Shown here piece after piece: positions 1 through 10,477 of a stretch of DNA of 64,000 nt. The DNA is from Candidatus Bathyarchaeota archaeon. GTDB lineage: Archaea > Thermoproteota > Bathyarchaeia > 40CM-2-53-6 > RBG-13-38-9. Both the position numbers and the translations under genes were made by a program. Where the stretch lies: the NCBI GenBank assembly GCA_963807605.1, contig CAWECG010000003.1, positions 288,001 to 352,000 of the forward strand. Direction: 5' to 3'. The notes beneath the pieces are model-generated. The model had not been told where the DNA came from and made no database searches. It was given only the letters and a program-made list of their open reading frames with translations. Position 1 is the first letter of the stretch, and each line of letters starts with the position of its first letter.

Positions 1-298
1 GCGTATGCTCTGCGCCTACTTTGAGGCATATCCTGTACCTTCCAAGTCCCTATCGGGCAAATGTAAAGCTTTTCATGTTATATAAATCTTATCACCGCAA
101 TTTTGTCTGGCGTTATCTAAGCCAGGCACCTCCAGATCACGCGCCTTCTATGAATTATTTCATTAGGAGATTTCTTTCAGAGCATCACTTCACTGCTTTC
201 TTCAGAGCCTGATCTGTACCTTCGATCATTGTCTGAATGTCTTCGAGATGATGGATGTCTGATAATAGATTCTCAGCTCTCGGTAAAGCTCGGTAAGC

Positions 299-319
299 AA
301 AAAAAGAAGAGGGGGAAGG
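299..319 (-). terminator. Pyrimidine/oligo-T terminator of the surface protein gene
   Basis: Minus strand reads CCTTCCCCCTCTTCTTTTTTT about 20 nt after the stop at 337; typical archaeal T-tract. Confidence 0.55.
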
Positions 320-336
320 TAAAATCCGATTCGGTC

Positions 337-3300
337 TTACCTTACTGGTATTGCTAGTCTTCTTTTCCAGCGTAGTAGGAACAGCGACGCTGCTAATGCT
401 GAGACCAGGGCTACTAGTCCTGTTGCTGGGAACTCGGGTATCGGTACGCCAGACTCTTGTAGATAGAAGGGCGCTACGCCCGCTCCACCCCAAGTTACGA
501 CTTCCGACACTGTTCCACTCTTGTAGCCTGGTCCTCCTGCGGATATTGTGTAGGTGTCAGGCTTAGCGTAGGTGTAGTACCATCCATCGTAGGGTCCCCA
601 CGCAGTGTATGTTGTTATTGAGCCCACTGCTGATACTGTCTGCCATGATCCCAAGTTGTAGTCACCCATGAAGTTGCGTGTGTATTCGAATCCGGCGACT
701 CTTGCTAGTCTGTCCATTTCGAAGATGACTGTTGTTATGCCTTGGCATGACGGGGTTGCTGTGACTGTGGAGAGCTGGATGTAACCTATCTGGTTCTCCT
801 CGGTCACCACAATCGTGTAGGTTGTACCCCACATGAGGCCATATCCAGCATGGTCACCGTGCGGTCCATTGGAGAATTGGTAGATAGTCTTAGGTCCTTT
901 ATCGTTGTAGCCTAGAAGCTCCCAAATCGCGGCTCCGCCTGTTCCTGGATCAAAGCTTCCTGTTGCTGGTTTGTTGACTGGTGTGCTATAGGTGCTGAAG
1001 CCTTGTAGTTGGAAGACCCATGTCTGCACACCTGTGTTCTGTCCAGGGTTGAGTGCTCCATCCCATGGATACTGGCTTACAGTCGAGTAGGTTGCCTGTG
1101 GTACTGCCGTTATGTTGCCTGCTCTTAAGGTTCCGTTCGAGTCGTAGGCTTCTACTCGGAAGTAGTAGCTGTAGAAGTCTTTCGGTAATGGTGCTGGTAT
1201 GAGTTCAGTCTTAAAGTCTACGACAACATTGATGGTCGGGCCTGCCAGCAGATATATTGGAGAGTCACCTACGCTACTTCCCACCTGCGCGTAAACCGCT
1301 GGGAACTGTACCTGGACGTATCCAGGAGTCATAGCCATCAATGTGTAGGTGTCGGTTGGTAATCCGGCGCCTTTGATTGCTCCGCCTGTTCTAAAGTAGT
1401 CTGTGAGGAATCCTCCTCCTCCATTCCCGTTCAACGTTACGCTGTTCGATGAGGCGCTCTGTTCGCTCCAACTCTCGGCCCAGATGTAGGGATTGAGCCA
1501 AGAGGTCTTTGAGTTGTAGAGATCAAGCATTATGTTCTCACCAGGATGGATCCAGTTGACTGGTTGAGATGGGTCTTGGCAGTCGCGGCTGTAAACGGTC
1601 GCTATTACCGATGCGCCCCTGTATATGTGGAAGCTGAGTGTGCCGTTTGAGCAGTACTGTACTGTAAATTGTGGGAAGTCTTGCTGTACCCATTCATTCT
1701 TGAAAGCCTTGATTGTGTAGGTTCCGTCAGGCATACCGTGGACTTCTCCTACTGTAGAGAGGCTTGCGGTTTTTCCGTCAATCCAGGCGTTGCTGTCACC
1801 TATGAGCATCATTGAGATGCCGGTTGCGTGTGGCAGATTGTTGGTAAAGTCACCTGTTGAATTCCACGCTTGCAGTACACCGTTGGCATCGTAGGCCTCG
1901 AAGACTAATGGTAACGCTATGTTATTGTTGGGAATGGTCGGACTGTTGGGGTCGACTTCTTGTGATGGTAGTGGCTGTAGTTGGAAGTGGACTGTTGCGT
2001 TGATGCTTCCTCCCTTGTAGAGGTCCATCTCCAAGTAGGCTGTTCCTGGGAACTCTACTGCTGGAAAGTTCACAGTGTACTCCTGAGTCTGGACGTATCC
2101 GTAGACCCATGTTTTCACTGTGTAGGTTCCAGGAGTGATTCCAGATGTGAAGTCTGCAAGGAAGGTTGGTACGTGTCCATCCCAACTAGTCTCGATTCCG
2201 CTGTAGCCTGACGGGTCACCCCAGAATGTTCCGAAGGTCCTGGGATCAGCTTTTATGTCGAAGGAGAAGTCCTTGTAGGCTTCTTTTGTACCGTTGCTGT
2301 TAATTAGTTCTTGCCATGCCCAGCCGTACGTGTTGTTTATGTTATTCATTATCGCTGGAGTGTTGTATCCATTCATTAGAGTTCCTAGGTTAGCTGGACT
2401 TGGGTTGAACGGGCCGGGTGCATTCTTGGATGTTAGGTCGTTCCAGATGTTCTTAGCCTGGACTGTGGTTGCTCCCTCAGTGAACCAGTACCATACTGCG
2501 TTAGGTCCGACAGGTGCGCCTTGAGCACCAGTGGATGATGTTCCTCTGACGTCAGCTCCACCTGGGACAACAGGCAGAATGGCAAAGCTTGCTGGGAAGC
2601 CGTCCATAGTCACATATTTAGGCCAGTCTATTGGGCCTGTTGGGCATTTACTGTAGACTTTTGTCTGGAGTTTGGCTGTTGGAGAGACGTAGATGTCTAC
2701 ACCGTGGATTGACTGCCCAGTGCTAACTGTTATCTGGGTTGCTAAGGTTTCTGGAACAAACCCAGCCGCGTAAGCGGTTAAGGTGTAGACTCCAGGTGCT
2801 AGGCCTTCTATTTCATAGTAGCCATTGCTTCCTGTTCCCCTGTCCTTCCATGCTCCGCCTTGGCCTGGCAGTTCGCCGAGGAACCAGCCTTCACCAGAGA
2901 CAGCTGCGCCTGAGGGTGAGGTTCCCATAGCAATAACCTTGCCTGAAGTTGCGACTCCGGCGCCATAGTATGAGCCGTAGTAGTACTGGCTGTGTCCACT
3001 GTATCTTATTGTACCGCTGATGTATCCTGGGTCAACGTCACCCTTAACCACAATACATGGATAGTTCTCTGGTGGGATGGTCTGGTACTTTTCAAAGTAG
3101 CCGTTCAGGTAGCCTGCCCACGGATCGTTGTTGATGCTGCCCCACTTGAAACCATTTGTGTTTGGAGCCACATAACCCATAAGTTGGGGTGCTTGTGGTG
3201 CTTGCCACAGGCCTGGCCATCCACCATTGCTGCCATAGATCTTGCTGCTAGCAGTGCTGCTAACAGTTTGATTTTGGTTGTATGGTATTATGCCGATATC

Positions 3301-4353
3301 TCTCTCTGGCTGGTCTGTTGATGTGTAGAAGATTTTGAAGAAGTATTTGCCTGCGATGCTCGGAGCTTGCATGTTCAGGATCTTTACCCTGTAGTATCCG
3401 GCGAAGTTTTTCTCAATTCCGTTGGTGTCTTGGGTACTGATCTGGCGGTCTTGCCATGGGTCCATGTGGGGCGGATACAGGAATCCAGAGCTGCCCTGAT
3501 AGACCTTGTCACTTGTGTATTTCATATTGAAGCTCGGGTCGTTTGCTGTTAGGTCTGAATAGCGGCTTGCTGGGAAGATAGTTGGCTCGGCTGTTATTCG
3601 GACAAACCACCAGTTTGGTGCGACTGGGTTCATTGGGCCGAATTTGCCGGTCATGATCATGTTGTGGTCGTTGGTTATTGTTGTCTCAATGTTTGAGGTG
3701 TCACCGAAGCCCTGGTTTGTTGTCAGTGAGTCAGGCCATCCTGCTGCCCAGTTCGAGCTATTTGGTGGAGAGAACTCAGGCGGAATGGCGATGTACAGGT
3801 ATTTGCTGAGTTCGAAGAGGCTGCCTGGCTGGGTGTAAGGCCAGCTTGGTGGTTGCTGCGGGGTTCGCCATGAGATGTTGATTGGACCTGATTGTTCATT
3901 TGGTGCTAGATGACCTGGTGTTCCGTGGTCGGATGTTGTGTTTGTGAAGTCTGATATGCCGATATAAATGAAGAAGTCGCCGACCGTGTCTGTGACTACG
4001 GCGCCATCGGGGGAGTAGTATTGTTGTTGATCGCTTGGTGGAACGTAGAGGCTTCCAGGAAGCACGAATGCTTGATGTCCTGGAACATGTCCGCCAGTGG
4101 GGGCGGTCGCGTTAAACCCGGTTCCAGGAGATTGATACTGGGAGGGGTATTGTTGGTACCCGTTTCCGGCCCCACCTGTTGTTACATTATACGGGAGGCC
4201 TCCTGCGTTGGACTCACCAATCTTGTTTGGCAGCTGGTCACCCAACGTGTAGATGGCTGAGACCTGCTGTACAGTAGCTAATGTAGCTAATACAAATATA
4301 GTTACGCAAAGCGTCGCTAGTATTCTCTTATTCAATTTTTCTTTTTCTCCCAT
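337..4353 (-). CDS. Large secreted cell-surface (S-layer-like) protein with carboxypeptidase-regulatory-like beta domains and a PEF-CTERM sorting signal
   Basis: N-terminal signal peptide; G/T/N/Y/P-rich; repeated GxYTL/TYTV beta motifs; C-terminus GVPIPEF + TM helix + RWKRR. Confidence 0.85.
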   Translation of the reverse strand: MGEKEKLNKRILATLCVTIFVLATLATVQQVSAIYTLGDQLPNKIGESNAGGLPYNVTTGGAGNGYQQYPSQYQSPGTGFNATAPTGGHVPGHQAFVLPGSLYVPPSDQQQYYSPDGAVVTDTVGDFFIYIGISDFTNTTSDHGTPGHLAPNEQSGPINISWRTPQQPPSWPYTQPGSLFELSKYLYIAIPPEFSPPNSSNWAAGWPDSLTTNQGFGDTSNIETTITNDHNMIMTGKFGPMNPVAPNWWFVRITAEPTIFPASRYSDLTANDPSFNMKYTSDKVYQGSSGFLYPPHMDPWQDRQISTQDTNGIEKNFAGYYRVKILNMQAPSIAGKYFFKIFYTSTDQPERDIGIIPYNQNQTVSSTASSKIYGSNGGWPGLWQAPQAPQLMGYVAPNTNGFKWGSINNDPWAGYLNGYFEKYQTIPPENYPCIVVKGDVDPGYISGTIRYSGHSQYYYGSYYGAGVATSGKVIAMGTSPSGAAVSGEGWFLGELPGQGGAWKDRGTGSNGYYEIEGLAPGVYTLTAYAAGFVPETLATQITVSTGQSIHGVDIYVSPTAKLQTKVYSKCPTGPIDWPKYVTMDGFPASFAILPVVPGGADVRGTSSTGAQGAPVGPNAVWYWFTEGATTVQAKNIWNDLTSKNAPGPFNPSPANLGTLMNGYNTPAIMNNINNTYGWAWQELINSNGTKEAYKDFSFDIKADPRTFGTFWGDPSGYSGIETSWDGHVPTFLADFTSGITPGTYTVKTWVYGYVQTQEYTVNFPAVEFPGTAYLEMDLYKGGSINATVHFQLQPLPSQEVDPNSPTIPNNNIALPLVFEAYDANGVLQAWNSTGDFTNNLPHATGISMMLIGDSNAWIDGKTASLSTVGEVHGMPDGTYTIKAFKNEWVQQDFPQFTVQYCSNGTLSFHIYRGASVIATVYSRDCQDPSQPVNWIHPGENIMLDLYNSKTSWLNPYIWAESWSEQSASSNSVTLNGNGGGGFLTDYFRTGGAIKGAGLPTDTYTLMAMTPGYVQVQFPAVYAQVGSSVGDSPIYLLAGPTINVVVDFKTELIPAPLPKDFYSYYFRVEAYDSNGTLRAGNITAVPQATYSTVSQYPWDGALNPGQNTGVQTWVFQLQGFSTYSTPVNKPATGSFDPGTGGAAIWELLGYNDKGPKTIYQFSNGPHGDHAGYGLMWGTTYTIVVTEENQIGYIQLSTVTATPSCQGITTVIFEMDRLARVAGFEYTRNFMGDYNLGSWQTVSAVGSITTYTAWGPYDGWYYTYAKPDTYTISAGGPGYKSGTVSEVVTWGGAGVAPFYLQESGVPIPEFPATGLVALVSALAASLFLLRWKRRLAIPVR

Positions 4354-4374
4354 TTAGTTTTGTCTATATGGTAA

Positions 4375-4397
4375 TGCTTTACAATCTCTGTAAAGCA
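4375..4397. promoter_or_regulatory. Palindromic operator TGCTTTACA-N5-TGTAAAGCA upstream of the surface protein
   Basis: Perfect 9-bp inverted repeat between a minus-strand TATA-like TTAAAATA (~4422-4429) and the ATG at 4353; recurs at 6220, 12342 and 14255. Confidence 0.75.
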
Positions 4398-4562
4398 CAG
4401 ACCACGCTACGTATAGAAGTAGTATTTTAACTCTGTGACGGCATCCGACATATGGTAAAAATAACAAAATAGAGAGATTCATCGAAGCAAGAGACAGAGA
4501 AGCTTATTCGTGGATTGAAACGGGGAAGTACACCCGATCTAGACCGTGTTTCCATTTTGACA

Positions 4563-5126
4563 TTACAGTTTGACACTTATCTCGAGGCCATCTCCACCTA
4601 CAGGAACGTATCTGCTGTTATATTTTCCCGAGAACCTGACATAATCTAGGTAGTTTCTCATCTGGTTTGCGAATATTCCAGCGTTGTCTGCGACTACAAC
4701 TCCTCCGTTGTGAATCTTGCCCTCGACTAGTTGCAGATAGTCAAAGTACTCTTTCTTATCTGCGTCTATGAAGACTAGGTCAAACGTGCCCTCCAGCTGG
4801 GGTATAATCTCCTTTGCGTCACCAATCATTATTTCGACGGTCGGCAATATCTCTGCTTTTCTTATGTTCTGCTGTGCAATCTTGGCTTCGTCTGTATGGT
4901 TCTCAATGGTGATTAAATGAGCCTCGTTTCCAAGCTCCTTTCCCATTAGAATTGCCGAGTAGCCCGTAAGGGTCCCAACTTCTAAAACGCGCTTGGGCTT
5001 GACTGCTCGAATCACGTCTGCCAAGACTTGGCCCTTCTTAGGGCCTACTATAGGCAGGGTCTCGTTGTCCTCCGAGAGTGTAGCGGGCGAGTTGTAGTCA
5101 GGTTTCTGATAGAGTTTGTTCATCAA
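4563..5126 (-). CDS. SAM-dependent O-methyltransferase (caffeoyl-CoA/COMT family); N-terminus possibly truncated or chimeric
   Basis: VLEVGTLTGYS SAM motif, FDLVFIDADK, VVADN. Confidence 0.85.
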   Translation of the reverse strand: MMNKLYQKPDYNSPATLSEDNETLPIVGPKKGQVLADVIRAVKPKRVLEVGTLTGYSAILMGKELGNEAHLITIENHTDEAKIAQQNIRKAEILPTVEIMIGDAKEIIPQLEGTFDLVFIDADKKEYFDYLQLVEGKIHNGGVVVADNAGIFANQMRNYLDYVRFSGKYNSRYVPVGGDGLEISVKL

Positions 5127-5149
5127 CTCTATTGCGCCCCCAGAATGTC

Positions 5150-6211
5150 TTAGTGGCTGACAACTATCGCGTTCGGAATCTTATCGATCCTGCTCTTCAA
5201 GGGGCCGGCGTCGACCAACGTTTCTTGTTCTCTTTCCAGAAAGCCTTGTTCAATCATCCACTGGTCCGAAAAGATCTTGCTCAGATAGTTCCTTCCGGTG
5301 TCTGGTAACAGTGCAACAATGACCTCATTCTTGTTAAGGCCCCTCGCGATATTGATAGCTGCATGGACTGCGGCTCCAGAAGATCCCCCGACGAGGAGAC
5401 CCTCCTCCCTAGCTAGGCGCCTAGCCATGAGAAAAGCATCTTTGTCACTAACTTGGATTATCTCGTCCACAACCTTCAGATCCAAGGTCTCAGGCATGAA
5501 GTCCTCACCTATGCCTTCAACCTTGTACGCATGCGCAGCCTCCTTCAATCCATGGTATCTAGATTGATAGATAGAACCTTCAGGATCGACGCCAATGACT
5601 CGAACTCGAGGGTTCTGCTGCTTAAGATATCTTCCCGTGCCCGTTATAGTTCCTCCTGTTCCCATGCCCGCCACGAAGACTTTCACACGCCCTCCAGTCT
5701 GATCCCAGATCTCCGGGCCAGTTGTCTCGTAATGTATTTTTGGGTTGTTTGGGTTGGCATATTGATTTGGCATGAATGCGTTAGGTATCTCTCTAACCAG
5801 CCTTTTTGCCACTTCACAGTAGTTCGCGGGTGAGTCCGGTGGAACGCTGGTAGGGGCAATAATAACTTCGGCGCCAAACGCCTTCAGCACCTTCCTCTTC
5901 TCCTCACTCATCTTATCAGGCATCGTGAAGATCATCTTGTAGCCCTTAATCGCTGCGACTAGAGCCAACCCGAACCCGGTGTTACCAGAGGTCGGTTCCA
6001 CAATCGTCCCCCCCGATTTCAATAAACCCTTCTTCTCAGCATCCTCAATCATAGCTAAACCAATACGATCCTTGACGCTTCCTCCTGGATTAAAGTACTC
6101 GACTTTGGCCAAGACTGTAGCTTCAAGAGCCTTGGTTATGTTGTTCAGTTGGACAAGAGGAGTGCCCCCTATTGTCCCCAAAATGTTTTCATGGTATTTC
6201 AAAGCCATCAC
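5150..6211 (-). CDS. cbs: Cystathionine beta-synthase / PLP-dependent cysteine synthase family; C-terminal CBS module lost
   Basis: [48 protein letters not shown]. Confidence 0.9.
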   Translation of the reverse strand: MMALKYHENILGTIGGTPLVQLNNITKALEATVLAKVEYFNPGGSVKDRIGLAMIEDAEKKGLLKSGGTIVEPTSGNTGFGLALVAAIKGYKMIFTMPDKMSEEKRKVLKAFGAEVIIAPTSVPPDSPANYCEVAKRLVREIPNAFMPNQYANPNNPKIHYETTGPEIWDQTGGRVKVFVAGMGTGGTITGTGRYLKQQNPRVRVIGVDPEGSIYQSRYHGLKEAAHAYKVEGIGEDFMPETLDLKVVDEIIQVSDKDAFLMARRLAREEGLLVGGSSGAAVHAAINIARGLNKNEVIVALLPDTGRNYLSKIFSDQWMIEQGFLEREQETLVDAGPLKSRIDKIPNAIVVSH

Positions 6212-6219
6212 ATCGCTCG

Positions 6220-6240
6220 GCTTTACAATTTATGTAAAGC
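6220..6240. promoter_or_regulatory. Palindromic operator GCTTTACA-N5-TGTAAAGC
   Basis: Perfect 8-bp inverted repeat 9 nt upstream of the cbs start, downstream of TTATATAA (~6268-6275). Confidence 0.75.
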
Positions 6241-6390
6241 TTCTGGGTGAAGGCGACTATAACACCGTTATATAAGTCTAACGTCACCTTGTGAGGTCGA
6301 GGAGAAACTACGTTGGTAGTTGCATACGCGCGCTTATGGAATCGGTTGTAGCATGATTGTGAGAGTTATGAAAATCATGGATGTGATCTT

Positions 6391-7533
6391 GTGAAATTCT
6401 CAACAAAGGCTATCCACTTAGGTCAAGAATCTGACAGGACCACAGGTTCGGTGACCGTCCCAATATATCAAACCTCCACCTACGCTCAGCTAGCGCCGGG
6501 GAAGCATAGAGGATATGAGTACTCGCGCACCGGGAACCCTACCCGAGCAGCTCTTGAAAAGAACCTTGCCGCCCTTGAGAATGGAAGATTAGGTCTTGCC
6601 TTTGCCTCAGGAATGGCGGCCATCTCAGCGATAATGACATTGCTGGAGAAGGGAGATCACGTTGTGGCCTGCGACGATGTGTATGGTGGAACCTACAGAC
6701 TCTTCAACAGCGTCCTTAGAAAATTTGGTTTGGAATTCACTTTCGTGGACGCATCTGCCTTGGAGAACGTCGATGCGGCGATCCGTTCTGATACCAAGAT
6801 AATTTGGGTTGAGACCCCCACAAATCCCCTCTTGAAACTAGTAGATATAGCTGGCATGTCAAAGGTAGTGAAGAAACATCAGGCAATACTCGTTGTGGAC
6901 AACACCTTCATGAGCCCTTATTTTCAAAGGCCGTTAGAACTTGGAGCCGATATCGTCATGCATAGCACAACAAAGTACATAGGTGGACATAGCGACCTAA
7001 TCGGTGGAGCAGTAATAACCTCAAACAAAGATATCTACGAGAAACTAAGATTCATTCAGAATGCCGTAGGCGCAGTCCCTAGCCCGTTTGACTGTTGGCT
7101 TGTCCTGAGGGGTGTGAAGACTCTCGCTCTGAGAATGGAAAGACACAACACCAACGCACAGAAGATTGCTGATCACATTGAGTCACATCCAAAAGTTAAG
7201 AAAGTGAACTACCCCGGATTGAAAAGCCATCCCCAACATGACCTTGCCAAAAGCCAAATGTCAGGTTTCGGAGGCGTAATATCGTTCGAATTGAAAGGTG
7301 GGTTAAGGTCATGTATGAAGCTCCTGACCAATCTCAAGATTTTCTTACTTGCCGAAAGTCTAGGCGGGGTTGAATCGCTCATAGAGCATCCAGCAATAAT
7401 GACGCATGCTTCGATCCCAGAGGAAAGGAGGATCAAGCTTGGAATAAATGAGAGCCTAATTAGAATGTCCGTTGGAATAGAGGATGTTGAGGATCTTATC
7501 GAAGACTTAGATCAAGGATTGAAGAAGGCATAG
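6391..7533 (+). CDS. Cystathionine gamma-lyase/synthase (Cys/Met metabolism PLP enzyme)
   Basis: YEYSRTGNPTR, ETPTNP, VDNTF, HSTTKYIGGHSD, AESLGGVESL. Confidence 0.92.
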   Translation: MKFSTKAIHLGQESDRTTGSVTVPIYQTSTYAQLAPGKHRGYEYSRTGNPTRAALEKNLAALENGRLGLAFASGMAAISAIMTLLEKGDHVVACDDVYGGTYRLFNSVLRKFGLEFTFVDASALENVDAAIRSDTKIIWVETPTNPLLKLVDIAGMSKVVKKHQAILVVDNTFMSPYFQRPLELGADIVMHSTTKYIGGHSDLIGGAVITSNKDIYEKLRFIQNAVGAVPSPFDCWLVLRGVKTLALRMERHNTNAQKIADHIESHPKVKKVNYPGLKSHPQHDLAKSQMSGFGGVISFELKGGLRSCMKLLTNLKIFLLAESLGGVESLIEHPAIMTHASIPEERRIKLGINESLIRMSVGIEDVEDLIEDLDQGLKKA

Positions 7534-8058
7534 GGCTCAGCAATTTTACAGAACACTATAGATCTGCCCAGTGAGCTTACACCTTCTTAGTTCTCTGAAC
7601 CCGATTTTCTAGTCTTCTCTGCTACTCTTCTTCCAAATCATTATTCTGCATCTAGAAGTCTGCCAAGTCCGAAGGCTCGGCAAATCTCTTTTGGAACGGT
7701 TTATCCACACTGCTACCAATATTAGGTTCTAGGCTTTCACTAATGCTGGAAACGAAGGAAAAAAGGAGTGTATGACAAGATTGATCTGCAGTGTTTCAAC
7801 CTGTACATAAAGATGTAATGAAATCTTGGATTAATTCTCGATAAACGGCTCTCGCGATTTCGATACATCCTTTTGTAGACAGCGCGATCTTATGCAAATG
7901 TTAGAAGTCCTACTGTTCTGAATATTTGTTCAGAAGCCTATGGTTGCCGCGGCTTTCTTCTGTCTAACGAGTGCTAGGGTTATGAACGCCTTAAAAGTTG
8001 CACTTTGAGAGCATCGCTCTGCCAGAGCATACAAATTGAAACAATAGAAGAACGAACT

Positions 8059-9180
8059 CTATGCCCTGCTAGCTTCTTTGGCGGTTAGGATGGCGTGAAC
8101 GAAATCGTCAACGTTTACCCCTACGACTTTAAGTCCAAAATCGTTGAAGCACGTGAGAATTTTCTCCCGCAGTGCCTCCTTATCGAGCAATACTCCGACG
8201 AGTGACTGCTCCAACTTTTCGATCATGCCGGTGTGTGGCTCGGTGAAGAAGTCTCCTGAGATCGATATGTCTCCGATTCTATCGTCGATTATCTCCATTG
8301 TGATTCGGACCATCTTCTGAGCCTTGTAGATGCCTTCACATATGCGCACTCCTTCTTTCACCTTGATTTGCCGAACAGGCGCACCTGCAGCTTGAAAGAG
8401 TCGTTCATGACTTAGATCCTTCATGAATGTCCATTCTCTTTCTCTTCTCTCGGCTAAGAGTTCATTCAGGTATTGTCTCTCCTCGGAGGAGGGTTCTCCC
8501 TTCTCGAGCGTAACGCCAATTTGTCTTTCAAACTCATTGATCAGGTTTTGCTTAAGCTCATCTCTGGTCGGGGGCTCTCCTAATTCCAGTCTTAATGATG
8601 TCATCCATTCCGACAATGATTTCTTCAACTTATCCCGAAACTTCTCGTCGGGCACTCTAAGTACCCTCGTCATGAGTTCAGTCGGAAGGTCGATGAGAAT
8701 ATCACCGGCGAGAACCATCGCCTCTTCTATGGATAATCCGCCATTTCCAGAGATCTTCCTGTCTTTCACGATTATGTCGTTTATCGGTTTGTACTTAGCA
8801 TGGACACCAAAGCTTCGCAAAGCGTCGGCCACAAGGGAGAGGAATTGTTTATAGAAGTCCTTAATGTCGACTGGGCATTCGTTGCTCCTCCTTCCGACTA
8901 TGAAGAAGTAGTCCTGCTCCCAAGGACCGTCAAGAATGGTTCCACCACCAATCGAGCGTCTGACGATAGGAAAACCCTGCTGTTTAGCGAAGTCGACATC
9001 AACTTCTTTTTCCACAACTTGGTGAAATCCCACATTCACAAATGGCTCCACCGGATAATTGAGGACTAATGTGTTTGGGGAATTCTGTTCACTAACGACT
9101 CTTGCAACCGCTTCATACAGGCTCGTCATTGTAAAGCCGTCGACGGCCCCCATATCCAATAGTCTCCAACTCACATCCAT
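8059..9180 (-). CDS. lplA: Lipoate-protein ligase A
   Basis: RRSIGGGT, NDI...RKISGNG, C-terminal ISISGDFF domain. Confidence 0.88.
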   Translation of the reverse strand: MDVSWRLLDMGAVDGFTMTSLYEAVARVVSEQNSPNTLVLNYPVEPFVNVGFHQVVEKEVDVDFAKQQGFPIVRRSIGGGTILDGPWEQDYFFIVGRRSNECPVDIKDFYKQFLSLVADALRSFGVHAKYKPINDIIVKDRKISGNGGLSIEEAMVLAGDILIDLPTELMTRVLRVPDEKFRDKLKKSLSEWMTSLRLELGEPPTRDELKQNLINEFERQIGVTLEKGEPSSEERQYLNELLAERREREWTFMKDLSHERLFQAAGAPVRQIKVKEGVRICEGIYKAQKMVRITMEIIDDRIGDISISGDFFTEPHTGMIEKLEQSLVGVLLDKEALREKILTCFNDFGLKVVGVNVDDFVHAILTAKEASRA

Positions 9181-9299
9181 TCACACTCTTTTGTTCGTGA
9201 TTGACGACCCACCATAGGTTATAAAAAGCGCGGTAGGTAATTTGAATATCTTCAATTCAACAATTGAAGTACAGGTCTCGTTGACCAATTGACTATGGG

Positions 9300-9866
9300 C
9301 TTCCAGTCTTTGGTACCTGACAGAGCGATGTTCATAGTTTTCAGAGAAACAATTCGTACTCTCGATGGGTGAAGACGCTGTACAGGCACCACTTACGCCT
9401 TTGAAAGTCTCGGCGTACCATCTCGTTCCACATTTGCTGCAGACCACCTGTTCACCATCCAGCCAGAAAGAGCTTGACTCACACGGGTCGCATTTACTTG
9501 TGGCCGTTATGATTCTCCTTGAGGAAGCAATGTAGGCCATTATAGGAACAGTCTTGCCAGCCTAGGTGGAATCTGGGATGATGTAGCCTATCGACTGGAC
9601 TTTCGCGAGCGATAGGACTATGTTCTCCCCCTCTACTGTATATCCAGCTCTTGTTGCATTTGGCGGCGGGCTAAATCGGACATTGGTTTGGGAACGGTAA
9701 CCACGCCTTTCTCTATGCCCACGAAAAAGAATCCAACTGCTACTGCTGCAAGCAGCAGCAAAGGTACCACTACAATCCTAGATATTCGTGTCTGTCCACT
9801 CATGAGGATCCTTTCTCTTTTTTCATTGCTTAGATAACTCACCTCCTGATGTTCGTGTAATCGCAC
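9300..9866 (-). pseudogene. Fragmented paralog of the DUF2318 Fe-S protein
   Basis: TM piece at 9633-9866 and CDPC...CSKCGTRW...GAC piece below 9540 match the intact gene at 9874-10467 but are separated by stops; boundaries approximate. Confidence 0.7.
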
Positions 9867-9873
9867 TCTGGTG

Positions 9874-10467
9874 CTAGACGCGTGGTTTCCAGTTTAGAAT
9901 CTGGGTTTCACCTATCAGCAACTTTTCGCCTACTGTGACGGACTTCATCTCAGCCGGCGGATAGTCCGGGCAGCCACCGCTAATTCCCTTCAGGGATTCC
10001 GCGTCCCAACGAGTTCCACATTTGCCGCACACTAACTCGCGGCCTTCGAGCGTAAAGCTAGTTGACTGACACGGCTCACATAGTCTGACTGCTACAACGA
10101 TCCTACCAGATGGTGTGACGTAAACCATCATTGGAATAGTCTTGGAGGAATTCTTGTAGTCGAAGATAACGTATTTCTTTGAGGTTATCTCGTTCATCGA
10201 GAGGACAATGTTTCCACCCTGTTCAGTGTAGTTTATTATGCTTGGTACAATTGTAGTCTGAGAACTCTGGGGGGGCACTGACTGAGTATTCTGAGTGGGT
10301 TGCTCTCCTTTCAATTCTGCGCCTACACTTTTACTTCCTGAGGTAGTGATGTAGAAAAGTCCGGCCGCCACTATTACAACGGTTAATAGGACGATGGCTG
10401 TGGGGAGATTGCTTCTCCTCTTGGATCTCAAGACTTGCTCACGTTTTCTTTTTCCCATTCTTATCAC
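9874..10467 (-). CDS. Membrane-anchored DUF2318 (FtrD-like) Cys-rich Fe-S protein
   Basis: N-terminal TM; CEPC...CGKCGTRW...GGCPDYPP. Confidence 0.8.
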   Translation of the reverse strand: MIRMGKRKREQVLRSKRRSNLPTAIVLLTVVIVAAGLFYITTSGSKSVGAELKGEQPTQNTQSVPPQSSQTTIVPSIINYTEQGGNIVLSMNEITSKKYVIFDYKNSSKTIPMMVYVTPSGRIVVAVRLCEPCQSTSFTLEGRELVCGKCGTRWDAESLKGISGGCPDYPPAEMKSVTVGEKLLIGETQILNWKPRV

Positions 10468-10477
10468 CTCCCTGTTC

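Noticed and set aside
1-29. Start of a minus-strand CDS (MPQSRRRAY) behind a TATA box and operator half-site
   Set aside because: Too little sequence inside the window to support a call.
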